In this document: positions 9,785 through 18,839 of the stretch, piece after piece | Position numbering within the stretch: the stretch's first letter is position 1 | How the letters are laid out: the number at the start of each line of letters is the position of its first letter | Source of the DNA: a virus | Lineage: Duplodnaviria > Caudoviricetes | Length of the DNA: 30,243 bases | Reading direction: 5' to 3' (one strand) | IMG/VR virus record: IMGVR_UViG_3300027780_000047 | Coordinates: 1-30,243 of that record | The notes under the pieces: generated by a model | Told to the model about the DNA's origin: nothing | What the model saw: the letters and a program-made list of their open reading frames with translations, nothing else | Databases searched by the model: none | Program-made: the position numbers and the translations under genes

Positions 9785-10597
9785 GCTAAAAAAGCTCAAG
9801 CAGAAACTATAGAGGTTGCACCTCAAACGGTAGCTACAAAAGTAGCACCAAAACCAGCTAAACAAAGCTGGGAAATGAAAGATAGAGTATACTTTTTAAA
9901 AGGAGATAAGTCTCCTTTAACTTTAACAATACCAGGTAAGCATACAAGAAAACATGCTTTGCTTTATTTTGATAAAGAATCTGGAAAGCAAAAAGAAATA
10001 AGATATGCAACCAACATGGATTCGCCATTTGTAGACGAACAAAAAGGTGAAGTAACAATGGGTCACATACGTTTTGATGACGGATTTCTAAGAGTTCCAC
10101 AAAGTAAACAAAACTTACAAAAATTATTAAGCTTATATCATCCTTTAAAAGGAAGAATATACGAAGAGTACAGTGCATTAGAAGAAGCAGAAGATGAATT
10201 AGATGTTTTAAATATGCAAATTGATGCTTTAAATGCTGCAAGAACTCTTGATGTAGATCATGCTGAAGCAATATTAAGAGTAGAAATAGGATCAAAAGTA
10301 AATAATATGAGCTCTAAAGAACTTAGAAGAGATTTATTATTGTTTGCTAAAAAGAGTCCATCTTTATTTATTAGCTTGGCTAATGATGAAAATGTTCAAC
10401 TTAGAAACTTTGCAATTAGAGCTTCAGAAGCTGGAATTATAAAGTTATCTCCAGACCAAAGAACAATACATTGGAGTTCAAATGATAGAAAATTAATGAA
10501 CGTACCGTTTGATGAAAATCCATTCAGTGCATTTGCTGCTTTCTTAAAAACTGACGAAGGTGTAGAAATTTACAAGTCTATAGATAAAAAACTCTAA
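9782..10597 (+). CDS. Conserved virion/morphogenesis protein downstream of MCP, function unknown
   Basis: 271-aa ORF with a disordered N-terminus, between the MCP and tail ring genes. Confidence 0.75.
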   Translation: MAKKAQAETIEVAPQTVATKVAPKPAKQSWEMKDRVYFLKGDKSPLTLTIPGKHTRKHALLYFDKESGKQKEIRYATNMDSPFVDEQKGEVTMGHIRFDDGFLRVPQSKQNLQKLLSLYHPLKGRIYEEYSALEEAEDELDVLNMQIDALNAARTLDVDHAEAILRVEIGSKVNNMSSKELRRDLLLFAKKSPSLFISLANDENVQLRNFAIRASEAGIIKLSPDQRTIHWSSNDRKLMNVPFDENPFSAFAAFLKTDEGVEIYKSIDKKL

Positions 10598-10609
10598 AAA
10601 CAAGTAATA
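10595..10609 (+). promoter_or_regulatory. 15-nt intergenic motif TAAAAACAAGTAATA (copy 1), candidate phage promoter
   Basis: Identical to 17082-17096; both copies lie at gene boundaries upstream of tail genes. Confidence 0.45.
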
Positions 10610-10610
10610 C

Positions 10611-10644
10611 TAATATAGGGCTCGTTCACTCGGGCCCAATATTA
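10611..10644 (+). other. GC-rich RNA hairpin without U-tract
   Basis: TAATAT-A-GGGCTCG, loop TTCACT, CGGGCCC-A-ATATTA; stem has one G-U pair and one A-A mismatch. Confidence 0.55.
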
Positions 10645-10660
10645 TAATAAAAACACACAA

Positions 10661-11407
10661 ATGGCAATAAACGTAGACACTGTTTATAAGACAGTATTAT
10701 TAATACTCAACCAACAGCAACGAGGTTACATGACGCCTGATGAATTCAACAGGGTCGCAACTCAAGTTCAACTAGAAATATTTGAAGGTTATTTAAATGA
10801 CTTAAATCAACAGTTGAGAAGTCCTCAAAATAATTCTGAATATGCTAATAGAGTTGAGAATTTAGAAGAAGATCTACAATATTTCCAAAAATACATAAGT
10901 AACTCTACTTTACCAGGAGCTATAACAGGAACAAATCCTTTTAGCATAGACACCGCGGTTGTTACAGATTTATATAGATTAGGTTCAGTAATGTATAGAA
11001 ACAGAACAATAGGCGAATATTCACAAAGAAAAGAGATAACACAATTACTACTATCTCCATTAACACAACCAACAACTGATTTTCCCGTATATTTATACGA
11101 GGCAGGCACAACAGTGTTACCTGAGAACCCTCAGTTATACGTGTATCCAACTACAATAATTTTACCTGGCGATATAAATATATCTTATTTAGCAACCCCT
11201 ACTCCACCACAATGGAATTATGACATAGGTACTTATGGTCAATTTACATACAACAATACTTCTATAAACTTTCAATTAAACGTTTCAGAACAATCTCGTG
11301 TAATATTAAAAATATTAGTGTATGCTGGGGTTATAATAAATGACCCAACTGTAATTCAGGTAGCATCACAACAAGTACAACAAGAAGAACAAAACTCAAA
11401 AACTTAA
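10661..11407 (+). CDS. Tail ring / head-tail adaptor (tubular) protein
   Basis: N-terminal 'VYKTVLLILNQQQRGYMTPDEFN' and 'YLATPTPPQW...ILVYAGVII' resemble crAss-type ring proteins; position fits. Confidence 0.6.
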   Translation: MAINVDTVYKTVLLILNQQQRGYMTPDEFNRVATQVQLEIFEGYLNDLNQQLRSPQNNSEYANRVENLEEDLQYFQKYISNSTLPGAITGTNPFSIDTAVVTDLYRLGSVMYRNRTIGEYSQRKEITQLLLSPLTQPTTDFPVYLYEAGTTVLPENPQLYVYPTTIILPGDINISYLATPTPPQWNYDIGTYGQFTYNNTSINFQLNVSEQSRVILKILVYAGVIINDPTVIQVASQQVQQEEQNSKT

Positions 11408-11410
11408 AAC

Positions 11411-12637
11411 ATGGCAATACCTGATGGCGGATTAATCGTCGAAACAAATGAACAGTATTACGCAGGAGCGCAAGGTTTTATATCTGTTACTGGAGCTGTA
11501 AATGAACAATTTACATCTACGTTTAATACAGACTTAATACTAGGTAGTTCTGATCCTACGCAGGTGAACTATGCTTTAAATAACTTTAAGTTATATACTA
11601 GTGCTGATGACATAACTTACACTGAATATATACTACCTTACACTGTTACTGATAATGTAATAAACATCAATGGTGTTTTAGCGGTTGGAACTTTTGTAGT
11701 TATTCAAATGAAAATTTTAGACGGTGGATCTTTTGGCGCTAGAAACGCTACTGGTGAAACAGTTGAAGAAAACTATGGAGGTTATGCTTATACAACTATA
11801 ACAGATGTAGTAAACAACTTTATGGTTGGATATATAGGTGAAAATAAATTAATACCAAATATAAAAAGAAGTGATGTTATATTCCATGCTAAACGTGGAT
11901 TGCAAGAATTTAGTTATGATACTTTAAAAAGCATTAAGTCTCAAGAATTAACTATACCACCTAGTCTTTCAGTTATTATACCACAAGATTATGTAAACTA
12001 TGTTAGAATGTCTTGGATTGATCAGCTAGGTATCAAACGTATTATATATCCAGCAAACAATCTTACTATAAGTCCTTATGAAATGCCTTTACAAGATAAC
12101 GCTGGACAACCAACACAAGATAATTTTGGTGAAAATTTAGAAGGAGATTCTATAACTTCAGAAAGATGGAGAACTGCAAATGACGCTCTTATAAACGGTA
12201 GATTTAGAAATCCAAATTTTGAAGGATTCTTTGATTATTACGATGGTAGTTGGGGACTTGGAGGTTATTATGGTAGAAGATATGGCCAAGATCCTGTTAC
12301 TTCTCAAATCAACGGTTGGTTTAACATGAACGAAAGAGAGGGTAAAATAGCTTTTTCTAGTAATCTAGCTAACAAACTTATAGTGTTAGAATATATATCA
12401 GATGGATTAGCTTACGACGAAGATACTAGAATACCTAAAATGGCCGAAGAAGCATTGTATGCTCATATTATTTACAGCATACTGTCAACAAGAATAAACG
12501 TACAAGAATATATAGTACAAAGATTTAAAAGAGAACGTAGTGCAAAACTTAGAAATGCTAAAATAAGATTATCTAACATTAAGCTTGATGAAATAATTCA
12601 ATCAATGAGAGGTAAGTCTAAATGGATTAAACATTAG
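11411..12637 (+). CDS. Second tail ring/tubular protein with N-terminal beta-rich insertion
   Basis: Core motifs 'VIFHAKRGLQEFSYD', 'IPQDYVNYVRMSW', 'IVLEYISDGL', 'AEEALYAHI' are typical of podovirus ring/adaptor proteins. Confidence 0.6.
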   Translation: MAIPDGGLIVETNEQYYAGAQGFISVTGAVNEQFTSTFNTDLILGSSDPTQVNYALNNFKLYTSADDITYTEYILPYTVTDNVININGVLAVGTFVVIQMKILDGGSFGARNATGETVEENYGGYAYTTITDVVNNFMVGYIGENKLIPNIKRSDVIFHAKRGLQEFSYDTLKSIKSQELTIPPSLSVIIPQDYVNYVRMSWIDQLGIKRIIYPANNLTISPYEMPLQDNAGQPTQDNFGENLEGDSITSERWRTANDALINGRFRNPNFEGFFDYYDGSWGLGGYYGRRYGQDPVTSQINGWFNMNEREGKIAFSSNLANKLIVLEYISDGLAYDEDTRIPKMAEEALYAHIIYSILSTRINVQEYIVQRFKRERSAKLRNAKIRLSNIKLDEIIQSMRGKSKWIKH

Positions 12638-12640
12638 TAC

Positions 12641-15600
12641 ATGGCAGAAATTAAAAATACTTTTCTAAAAAGTAAGATGAATCAAGATCTTGACTCTCGA
12701 CTTTTACCTAATGGTGAATACAGAGAAGCTAACAACTTAATGATTAGTAAGTCTGAAGGTGCAAATGTTGGTGAGTTTGAAAACATTTTAGGTAACTCTA
12801 GAATAGCTCAGTTAACAGCAGATTTTGGGTCTGTAATAGGTCATTTTGTAGACGAAACTAATAACGTTGTTTATGTTATGGCTACTGACTATGAAAATGT
12901 TGAGGTATCAGTTAGAGCTGCTTCTACTAACAAGTGTGGTATATATAAAATAAATTTATCTTCTCCGTTTACTGTTTCTCCTTTAGTATTAGGTTATTTT
13001 TTAAATTTTAATAAATCATTTAGTATATATGGTATAAACTTAATAGAAAACTTTTTATACTGGACTGACAACAATAATCAACCTAGAAAAATAAATGTTG
13101 ATTTAGCTGAAAATGGATTTGTAAGTGCTACTAACCAACATTACAGTACTGAAGAGCAAATATCTGTAGCAAAATACGCTCCTTATTTAAGTCCTGTATT
13201 AATGGAAAGAACAGAAGGAACGCTTAGCGCTTTGTCAAATGTTGGTGCAACTAGTATTACAGTAACAAACAGCGCTGCAACAGCATTAATAAAAAACGGT
13301 GATATAATAACTGATCACAATAAGCAAGTTTCTATTGAGTTTATACAAACTTTAACCAAAGTATCACAAATAACCATAGGTGGTTTAACCACTGTTATTG
13401 ATTTTTTACCTGCTTTAGCTACAGAATTACCATTAGGTTTTATTGCTGACTTTAGTAGACCTTCAATGACTAATGAAAATAACCAAAATTTATCTAACAG
13501 TTCAACACAAACGTATAGTGGTGGTGGTGGTGGTTTTGATGTTAGAATAAACAGTTTTGTATATGGAGGTTTACCAAGAGTAGGAGATTACATAACAAGA
13601 ACCTCTGCTCCAGCTATAACTATAGCAGACGATATTAAAATTACAAAAGTTAGATTGGACACGAACTATACTACTTTGACTGTTGATAAAGATATTTCAT
13701 CAATTCTTGTAATTTCCGATGTGATTGAAATAGGAAAAAATCCAGACTATAATAGTAACTGGCAAGGAGATCCAACTTGGTTAGAAGATAAATTTGTTAG
13801 GTTTAGTTATAGATTTCAATATGAAGATAATGAATATTCTTTAATGGCCCCGTTTACCCAAAGTGCTTTTATTCCAAAACAATATAGTGAATTTGGAGCT
13901 GGTCAAATTGACGGAAATTATTTTGAAGACATGGAAAATGCTTATAAAAGCAGTATAATAGCATGGTTTGAAAATGATACTGATAATATAAATGTAAGAA
14001 TACCTTTACCTTACGGAACAGCTAATGAATTATCCTCTAGTTTAAAAATCCAAAACATAGACATATTATACAAAGAATCAAATGCTCTTTCTGTTAAAGT
14101 ACTAGATACCGTAGCGTTAACAAACCCAACGCCTTCTTTTACAAATACATCTTATCAAGATGATATTCGTGGTTTTGTTACACAATATTTTTATGATTAT
14201 AACTATAAATCTAGCAAACCTTATAAAACTTTACCAGAAGGCCAAACTACTAGAGTTTATGATAAAGTACCTGTAAAAGCTTTAGCCCAAGAATTTGTTG
14301 GCAGTAGAGTTGTATATGGTAATTATGTAGAAAAATTAACACCTCCTTCTAGTCTTCCTTACAACGTTGGTGTAAATAATAAAAGTATAGTGTATGATAA
14401 TTATACTCAATACCCTTATCACACGTTAAAACAAAATCGAACTTATCAAGTTGGGTTTGTGTTATCAGATATATATGGAAGACAATCTGATGTTATACTT
14501 TCATCTAACGACAATAGTACTTTAGCAGGAGGATCAACAGTGTTTTTACCTTATAATACCGCTTTAACACAAGGCGATATACTGGCTTGGTTAGGTAAAG
14601 TATTAACTATTTCTGTTGAACAACCAATAGCTCAAGTTATAAATACACAGACTGGAGAACCAGGTGTTTATTCAGATGGTCTAACTGTTACATCTTTGGC
14701 CTTATCAACCGCTGGCGCAGGTCATACAGTAGCTTCAAATCTACCAACAACTTCATCTGGAGCTGGAACAGGACTTACGATAGCTATAACAGCTGTAGAT
14801 TCCCTACCTGGAGTACCTGGAGAAGTCTTAACCTTTAGATTAAACAACCAAGGACAAGGATATGCAAATGGAGAGATAGTTACAATTGTACAAGCTGGAG
14901 CAACTAGTCGCGCTGATTTTGCTGTAAGTATTCCAGCTTCTAATCCATTAGGATGGTATACTTATAAGGTAGTTGTAAAACAACAAGAGCAGGAATATTA
15001 CAATGTGTTTCTACCAGGTTTTATAAATGGATCACCAGTAATTCCTTCTGGTTTGAATCCACCGGCGTATGATCAAGATTTAGGAAAATATGCTTTTAGT
15101 ACTATAATAAGTGATAACATAAACAAAATACCTAGAAATTTAGCAGAAGTAGGGCCTACTGATTTAGAATTTAACAGTGAAGAACAACTTTATATAAGAG
15201 TTAATAACCCAGACGTAACGTCTGCACCAATTGGCATTCCTCCTCCAGGTTTTAAATATCCAATTAACGTTCAGTACTATCCAGGTAGTTTTGAGCAAAA
15301 CGTTTTAAATATAGCAACCGTAAGAGATACTGAACTTGTAGGCATTCCTTTTAAACCCAATGTTAATCAAGGAGATTATGGTCAAACAACAGTACCAACT
15401 GCTGTAGGCCCAAACGACGTGGTTAGTTTAACTGGCGCTGTCCCATGGGGAAAAACTGGAGCAAATGTAAGTTTCTATGGAGCCGATCAAAATCCTTTTT
15501 TACTAAAATTTAGTACATCAAATCAAAATAATAATACTATAGGAGCGCAAGTAACGTCTTTAGCTAGTGGAGACGCGAACTCAGGTATGCATTGCATGGC

Positions 15601-17074
15601 GCCTATTCTTTCAATTGCAGAAACAGAACCAGTATATTCTTTATTAGATATATATTGGGAAACTTCTCTTACTGGTTTAATAACAACATTAAACAACTCA
15701 ATAGTTGCAACTTTTGATGGAGTTACTGGGTTAACTCAATCTTCTTTTACTTTTCCAGAAAGCGTAGCGCTACAAGATGTTACAAATTTTGTTCCCGATA
15801 GCGGTTTTCAATTAAGAGACGGTTCAGGTGCTGTAATAACAACCGCAACCACGGAACCAGTTGTTACTATAGAATCTATAAGAACAAATATTGGTGGAAC
15901 AATAAACGAACCAGATTGGCCATTTGAATTACAAACCTATGTACCAGCGAGTTTCACTTGGTATATACAAAATACAAGATATTTTGTTTTTACTAATAAC
16001 TCACTTCCAACAACCTTGAGCGATAATTATATAGTTAATGTTAAGTGTGTTTTTGATGGATCAGCAGGAGATGGTTTGCAAACCACTTATTTTGATATAA
16101 ACGTTGATCTAACAAACGTACAACCAACTATAGATGATTGTGATTCACCACTTGGTGTAACTATAGCTTTCAATGATGGAAGAACTATAAAAACTATGTT
16201 AGGTAAAAATGGCACGGCTTCACCCGATGTAGTAGGTCCTCCAGTAGTTGAACCTGATCAAGTTGGTTTAGAATGGAGCTTAGGAACTGTGCTTATATAT
16301 GATAGTAGCACTCCAGCACCAAATATTTTTACAATTGATTCTCAAAGTGGAGTACTTACAGCGCAAAATTTAGTTGATTTAACATCGTACAACGTGCCAA
16401 TTATATTAACAGACGCAAGTGGTAACGGATTAGCTTCTACTACATGTCAGCTACTAGTGTCAGTTGGTGCTCAATATGTTCCAAGGACTATATGTGGTGG
16501 AAACAACAATGGACAAACGCCAATTAAAGCAGACACATGTGGTGACAATAGTGAATGGCTATTTGCTTTAACAAATAACACTAGCACGCAGGCTGGGGGA
16601 ATTGGTTACCCATTTTCAGCATCATATCCACCAGATCTTCTTTACAATGTTAGAGCAAGGTCTAACCAAGTAACAGGACTTGGTTGTGACACAGGTTCTT
16701 TAACACAAGGTAGAATGTTTTTAGATGTTTACTTAGAAGGCGGAAGTAATTCACCAGCAGGTAATGACGCGTCAATTAAGTATTACATACAATATAGATC
16801 TGCCGCAGGTCAACCTTGGTCTGGAGCAACAGCTGTTAATGATGGTGTTTTAGAAACGGTAACAGATGGATTAACTATTACCGCGTCATCAAACACAACT
16901 ACAACCAAAAACTATCAATTTGCAATATCTGGTGACTATAGAGTTATAACAGAAAACTTAGGTGGTACCGTGTGTGCATTTACACCAACGGCTAATCCAG
17001 CGTTTTATGTAGACTTTGGGGATGCTAGTTACCCAACCCACGTCTGTGACACTACATTAAACCCATGTACGTAA
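12641..17074 (+). CDS. Tail muzzle/stabilisation protein (P22 gp10/crAss-like), N-terminal part, with multiple accessory domains
   Basis: 'KMNQDLDSRLLPNGEYREANN', 'LYWTDNNNQPRKIN', 'RFSYRFQYEDNEYSLMAPF', 'RVVYGNY', 'TLKQNRTYQVGFVLSDIYGRQS' resemble crAss-like stabilisation proteins. Confidence 0.7.
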   Translation: MAEIKNTFLKSKMNQDLDSRLLPNGEYREANNLMISKSEGANVGEFENILGNSRIAQLTADFGSVIGHFVDETNNVVYVMATDYENVEVSVRAASTNKCGIYKINLSSPFTVSPLVLGYFLNFNKSFSIYGINLIENFLYWTDNNNQPRKINVDLAENGFVSATNQHYSTEEQISVAKYAPYLSPVLMERTEGTLSALSNVGATSITVTNSAATALIKNGDIITDHNKQVSIEFIQTLTKVSQITIGGLTTVIDFLPALATELPLGFIADFSRPSMTNENNQNLSNSSTQTYSGGGGGFDVRINSFVYGGLPRVGDYITRTSAPAITIADDIKITKVRLDTNYTTLTVDKDISSILVISDVIEIGKNPDYNSNWQGDPTWLEDKFVRFSYRFQYEDNEYSLMAPFTQSAFIPKQYSEFGAGQIDGNYFEDMENAYKSSIIAWFENDTDNINVRIPLPYGTANELSSSLKIQNIDILYKESNALSVKVLDTVALTNPTPSFTNTSYQDDIRGFVTQYFYDYNYKSSKPYKTLPEGQTTRVYDKVPVKALAQEFVGSRVVYGNYVEKLTPPSSLPYNVGVNNKSIVYDNYTQYPYHTLKQNRTYQVGFVLSDIYGRQSDVILSSNDNSTLAGGSTVFLPYNTALTQGDILAWLGKVLTISVEQPIAQVINTQTGEPGVYSDGLTVTSLALSTAGAGHTVASNLPTTSSGAGTGLTIAITAVDSLPGVPGEVLTFRLNNQGQGYANGEIVTIVQAGATSRADFAVSIPASNPLGWYTYKVVVKQQEQEYYNVFLPGFINGSPVIPSGLNPPAYDQDLGKYAFSTIISDNINKIPRNLAEVGPTDLEFNSEEQLYIRVNNPDVTSAPIGIPPPGFKYPINVQYYPGSFEQNVLNIATVRDTELVGIPFKPNVNQGDYGQTTVPTAVGPNDVVSLTGAVPWGKTGANVSFYGADQNPFLLKFSTSNQNNNTIGAQVTSLASGDANSGMHCMAPILSIAETEPVYSLLDIYWETSLTGLITTLNNSIVATFDGVTGLTQSSFTFPESVALQDVTNFVPDSGFQLRDGSGAVITTATTEPVVTIESIRTNIGGTINEPDWPFELQTYVPASFTWYIQNTRYFVFTNNSLPTTLSDNYIVNVKCVFDGSAGDGLQTTYFDINVDLTNVQPTIDDCDSPLGVTIAFNDGRTIKTMLGKNGTASPDVVGPPVVEPDQVGLEWSLGTVLIYDSSTPAPNIFTIDSQSGVLTAQNLVDLTSYNVPIILTDASGNGLASTTCQLLVSVGAQYVPRTICGGNNNGQTPIKADTCGDNSEWLFALTNNTSTQAGGIGYPFSASYPPDLLYNVRARSNQVTGLGCDTGSLTQGRMFLDVYLEGGSNSPAGNDASIKYYIQYRSAAGQPWSGATAVNDGVLETVTDGLTITASSNTTTTKNYQFAISGDYRVITENLGGTVCAFTPTANPAFYVDFGDASYPTHVCDTTLNPCT

Positions 17075-17081
17075 AACAATA

Positions 17082-17096
17082 TAAAAACAAGTAATA
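17082..17096 (+). promoter_or_regulatory. 15-nt intergenic motif TAAAAACAAGTAATA (copy 2)
   Basis: Identical to 10595-10609. Confidence 0.45.
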
Positions 17097-17105
17097 AATA
17101 ATAGT

Positions 17106-18809
17106 ATGGCAATCACTTTAGAAATAGGATACTTTAACTCATTTTACGTGAAGCGTATAGCAGGTTATGATTCTCTTGGAAAAATAATTCCTTTACAAGA
17201 AGAGAACGCTACGTATCCTTGGACAGGTCCTATGACAAGTAACGTTGCGCAAGATTGGTATATAGAAGAATCAAGAATTAGAGGTGGTTATAATAATGTA
17301 TCTACTGATTATGGAGTTAAAGCATACTTGGTTGCAGATGAGCCAAACCAAGAAAGAAGAAGTAGCTCTCTTATATATTCAGGTATATTAAATTCAAGAA
17401 CCGGTGTAAACCAAACAAATCAATTTAGTGTTGCAGAAGAAATAACTAGAAGTGTAGATCCAATAAGTGGATCAATACAAAAGTTATTTGCTGAAGACAC
17501 TAACCTACTTATATTCCAAGAACGTAAAGTTAATAACGCATTAATAGACAAAGATGCTATATATACAGCAGAAGGAGCTGGACTAACAACAACAGGCACC
17601 GTGGTAATTGGCCAAACAACTCCAATATCTGGAGAATGGGGAATTGCTACAAATCCAGAATCGTTTTCTAAGTATGGATATATGAAGTACTTTGTTGATA
17701 AGAACCGTGGAGCTGTTTTAAGACTAGCTGGTGGACAGATAACAGAAATCTCAAACTATGGTATGGTTGATTTTTTTAGAGATCAACTATCAACAGTTGC
17801 AAGCACTGGATCAGTATTAGGTTCTTATGACATGCATAGCAAAGTTTACACTTTATGTATATCTCCTACAAATAGATACGATACGTCTAGTTCTAGAACT
17901 TTAACTTATGATGAAACATCTAAAGGTTGGACTAGCTTTTTTGATTATAAGCCAGAAACAATGTTTAGTTCAAGAGGAGCTTTTTATAGCACTAAAGAAG
18001 TAGGGACAACACCGTATATATATCAGCATTATTCTACGGCTGTTTCAAGAAATAATTTTTACGGAGTAGACAACGTGTCTTCTGTACAATTTGTATTTAA
18101 TCCATCTCCAAACAATATTAAAACTTTTCAAACTATAAACTACGAAGGTACAAACGGTTGGGAAGTAATAAGTTTAGTTTCTGATGAAACTGGATTTGAC
18201 GAAAGTGAAGTTACACCTGGTAATTGGATAAACCACGTTGACACTATTTTAGGTGGTGGTCCTATTGTTCCTAGTAATTTAGATAATTCAATTACTACAA
18301 ACACAGTAGACGGTGTTGATAATAGTTATTCTAACATAGCATACGTTAGTAGTGGTAACGGAACAGGTTTAAATTTAACAGTAACTGTTGCTGGAAATAT
18401 AGTAACGGTTATAACTGTAGTAAATGCTGGTAATGGATACCAAAGCGGTGATACTATAACTCTTACAAACGCTTCAGGAGCAAGTTCTGTTGGAGGTACC
18501 ACTAATGTAGTAATAACTTTAAATAGCTCAGACGTTAATCAAGCTACTAGAATATGGAGTTATGATGAAGGATCTTATACTGAAGATAATAGAAACTATA
18601 GAGCTGGATTTGATAGAAAACAAAATAAATATATGGCGGTTATACCAAACAACACTATAACACCAATAGCTGGTGAGGTTGTATTTGGTAATTCAATGAC
18701 AGGTATAAAAGCTTATTACGCAACAGTAACTATGCAAACGGACGCAACAACTGATCCAGGTGGATTAAAAGAATTGTTTTCTGTTGGGAGCGTTTTTACT
18801 ACAAGATAA
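17106..18809 (+). CDS. Tail muzzle/stabilisation protein, C-terminal (beta-propeller-like) part
   Basis: 'LIYSG...NQTNQF', 'GSIQKL...LLIFQERKV', 'GIATNPESF...YFVDKNRGAVLRL...ISNYGMVDFF', 'GWTSFFDYKPE' correspond to the C-terminal half of crAss-type stabilisation proteins. Confidence 0.7.
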   Translation: MAITLEIGYFNSFYVKRIAGYDSLGKIIPLQEENATYPWTGPMTSNVAQDWYIEESRIRGGYNNVSTDYGVKAYLVADEPNQERRSSSLIYSGILNSRTGVNQTNQFSVAEEITRSVDPISGSIQKLFAEDTNLLIFQERKVNNALIDKDAIYTAEGAGLTTTGTVVIGQTTPISGEWGIATNPESFSKYGYMKYFVDKNRGAVLRLAGGQITEISNYGMVDFFRDQLSTVASTGSVLGSYDMHSKVYTLCISPTNRYDTSSSRTLTYDETSKGWTSFFDYKPETMFSSRGAFYSTKEVGTTPYIYQHYSTAVSRNNFYGVDNVSSVQFVFNPSPNNIKTFQTINYEGTNGWEVISLVSDETGFDESEVTPGNWINHVDTILGGGPIVPSNLDNSITTNTVDGVDNSYSNIAYVSSGNGTGLNLTVTVAGNIVTVITVVNAGNGYQSGDTITLTNASGASSVGGTTNVVITLNSSDVNQATRIWSYDEGSYTEDNRNYRAGFDRKQNKYMAVIPNNTITPIAGEVVFGNSMTGIKAYYATVTMQTDATTDPGGLKELFSVGSVFTTR

Positions 18810-18830
18810 ATAAATAAATAAATAAATAAA
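18807..18830 (+). repeat. (TAAA)6 simple sequence repeat in intergenic leader
   Basis: Six perfect TAAA units starting at the stop codon of the preceding gene and ending 9 nt before ATG 18840. Confidence 0.85.
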
Positions 18831-18839
18831 TTAATAAAT

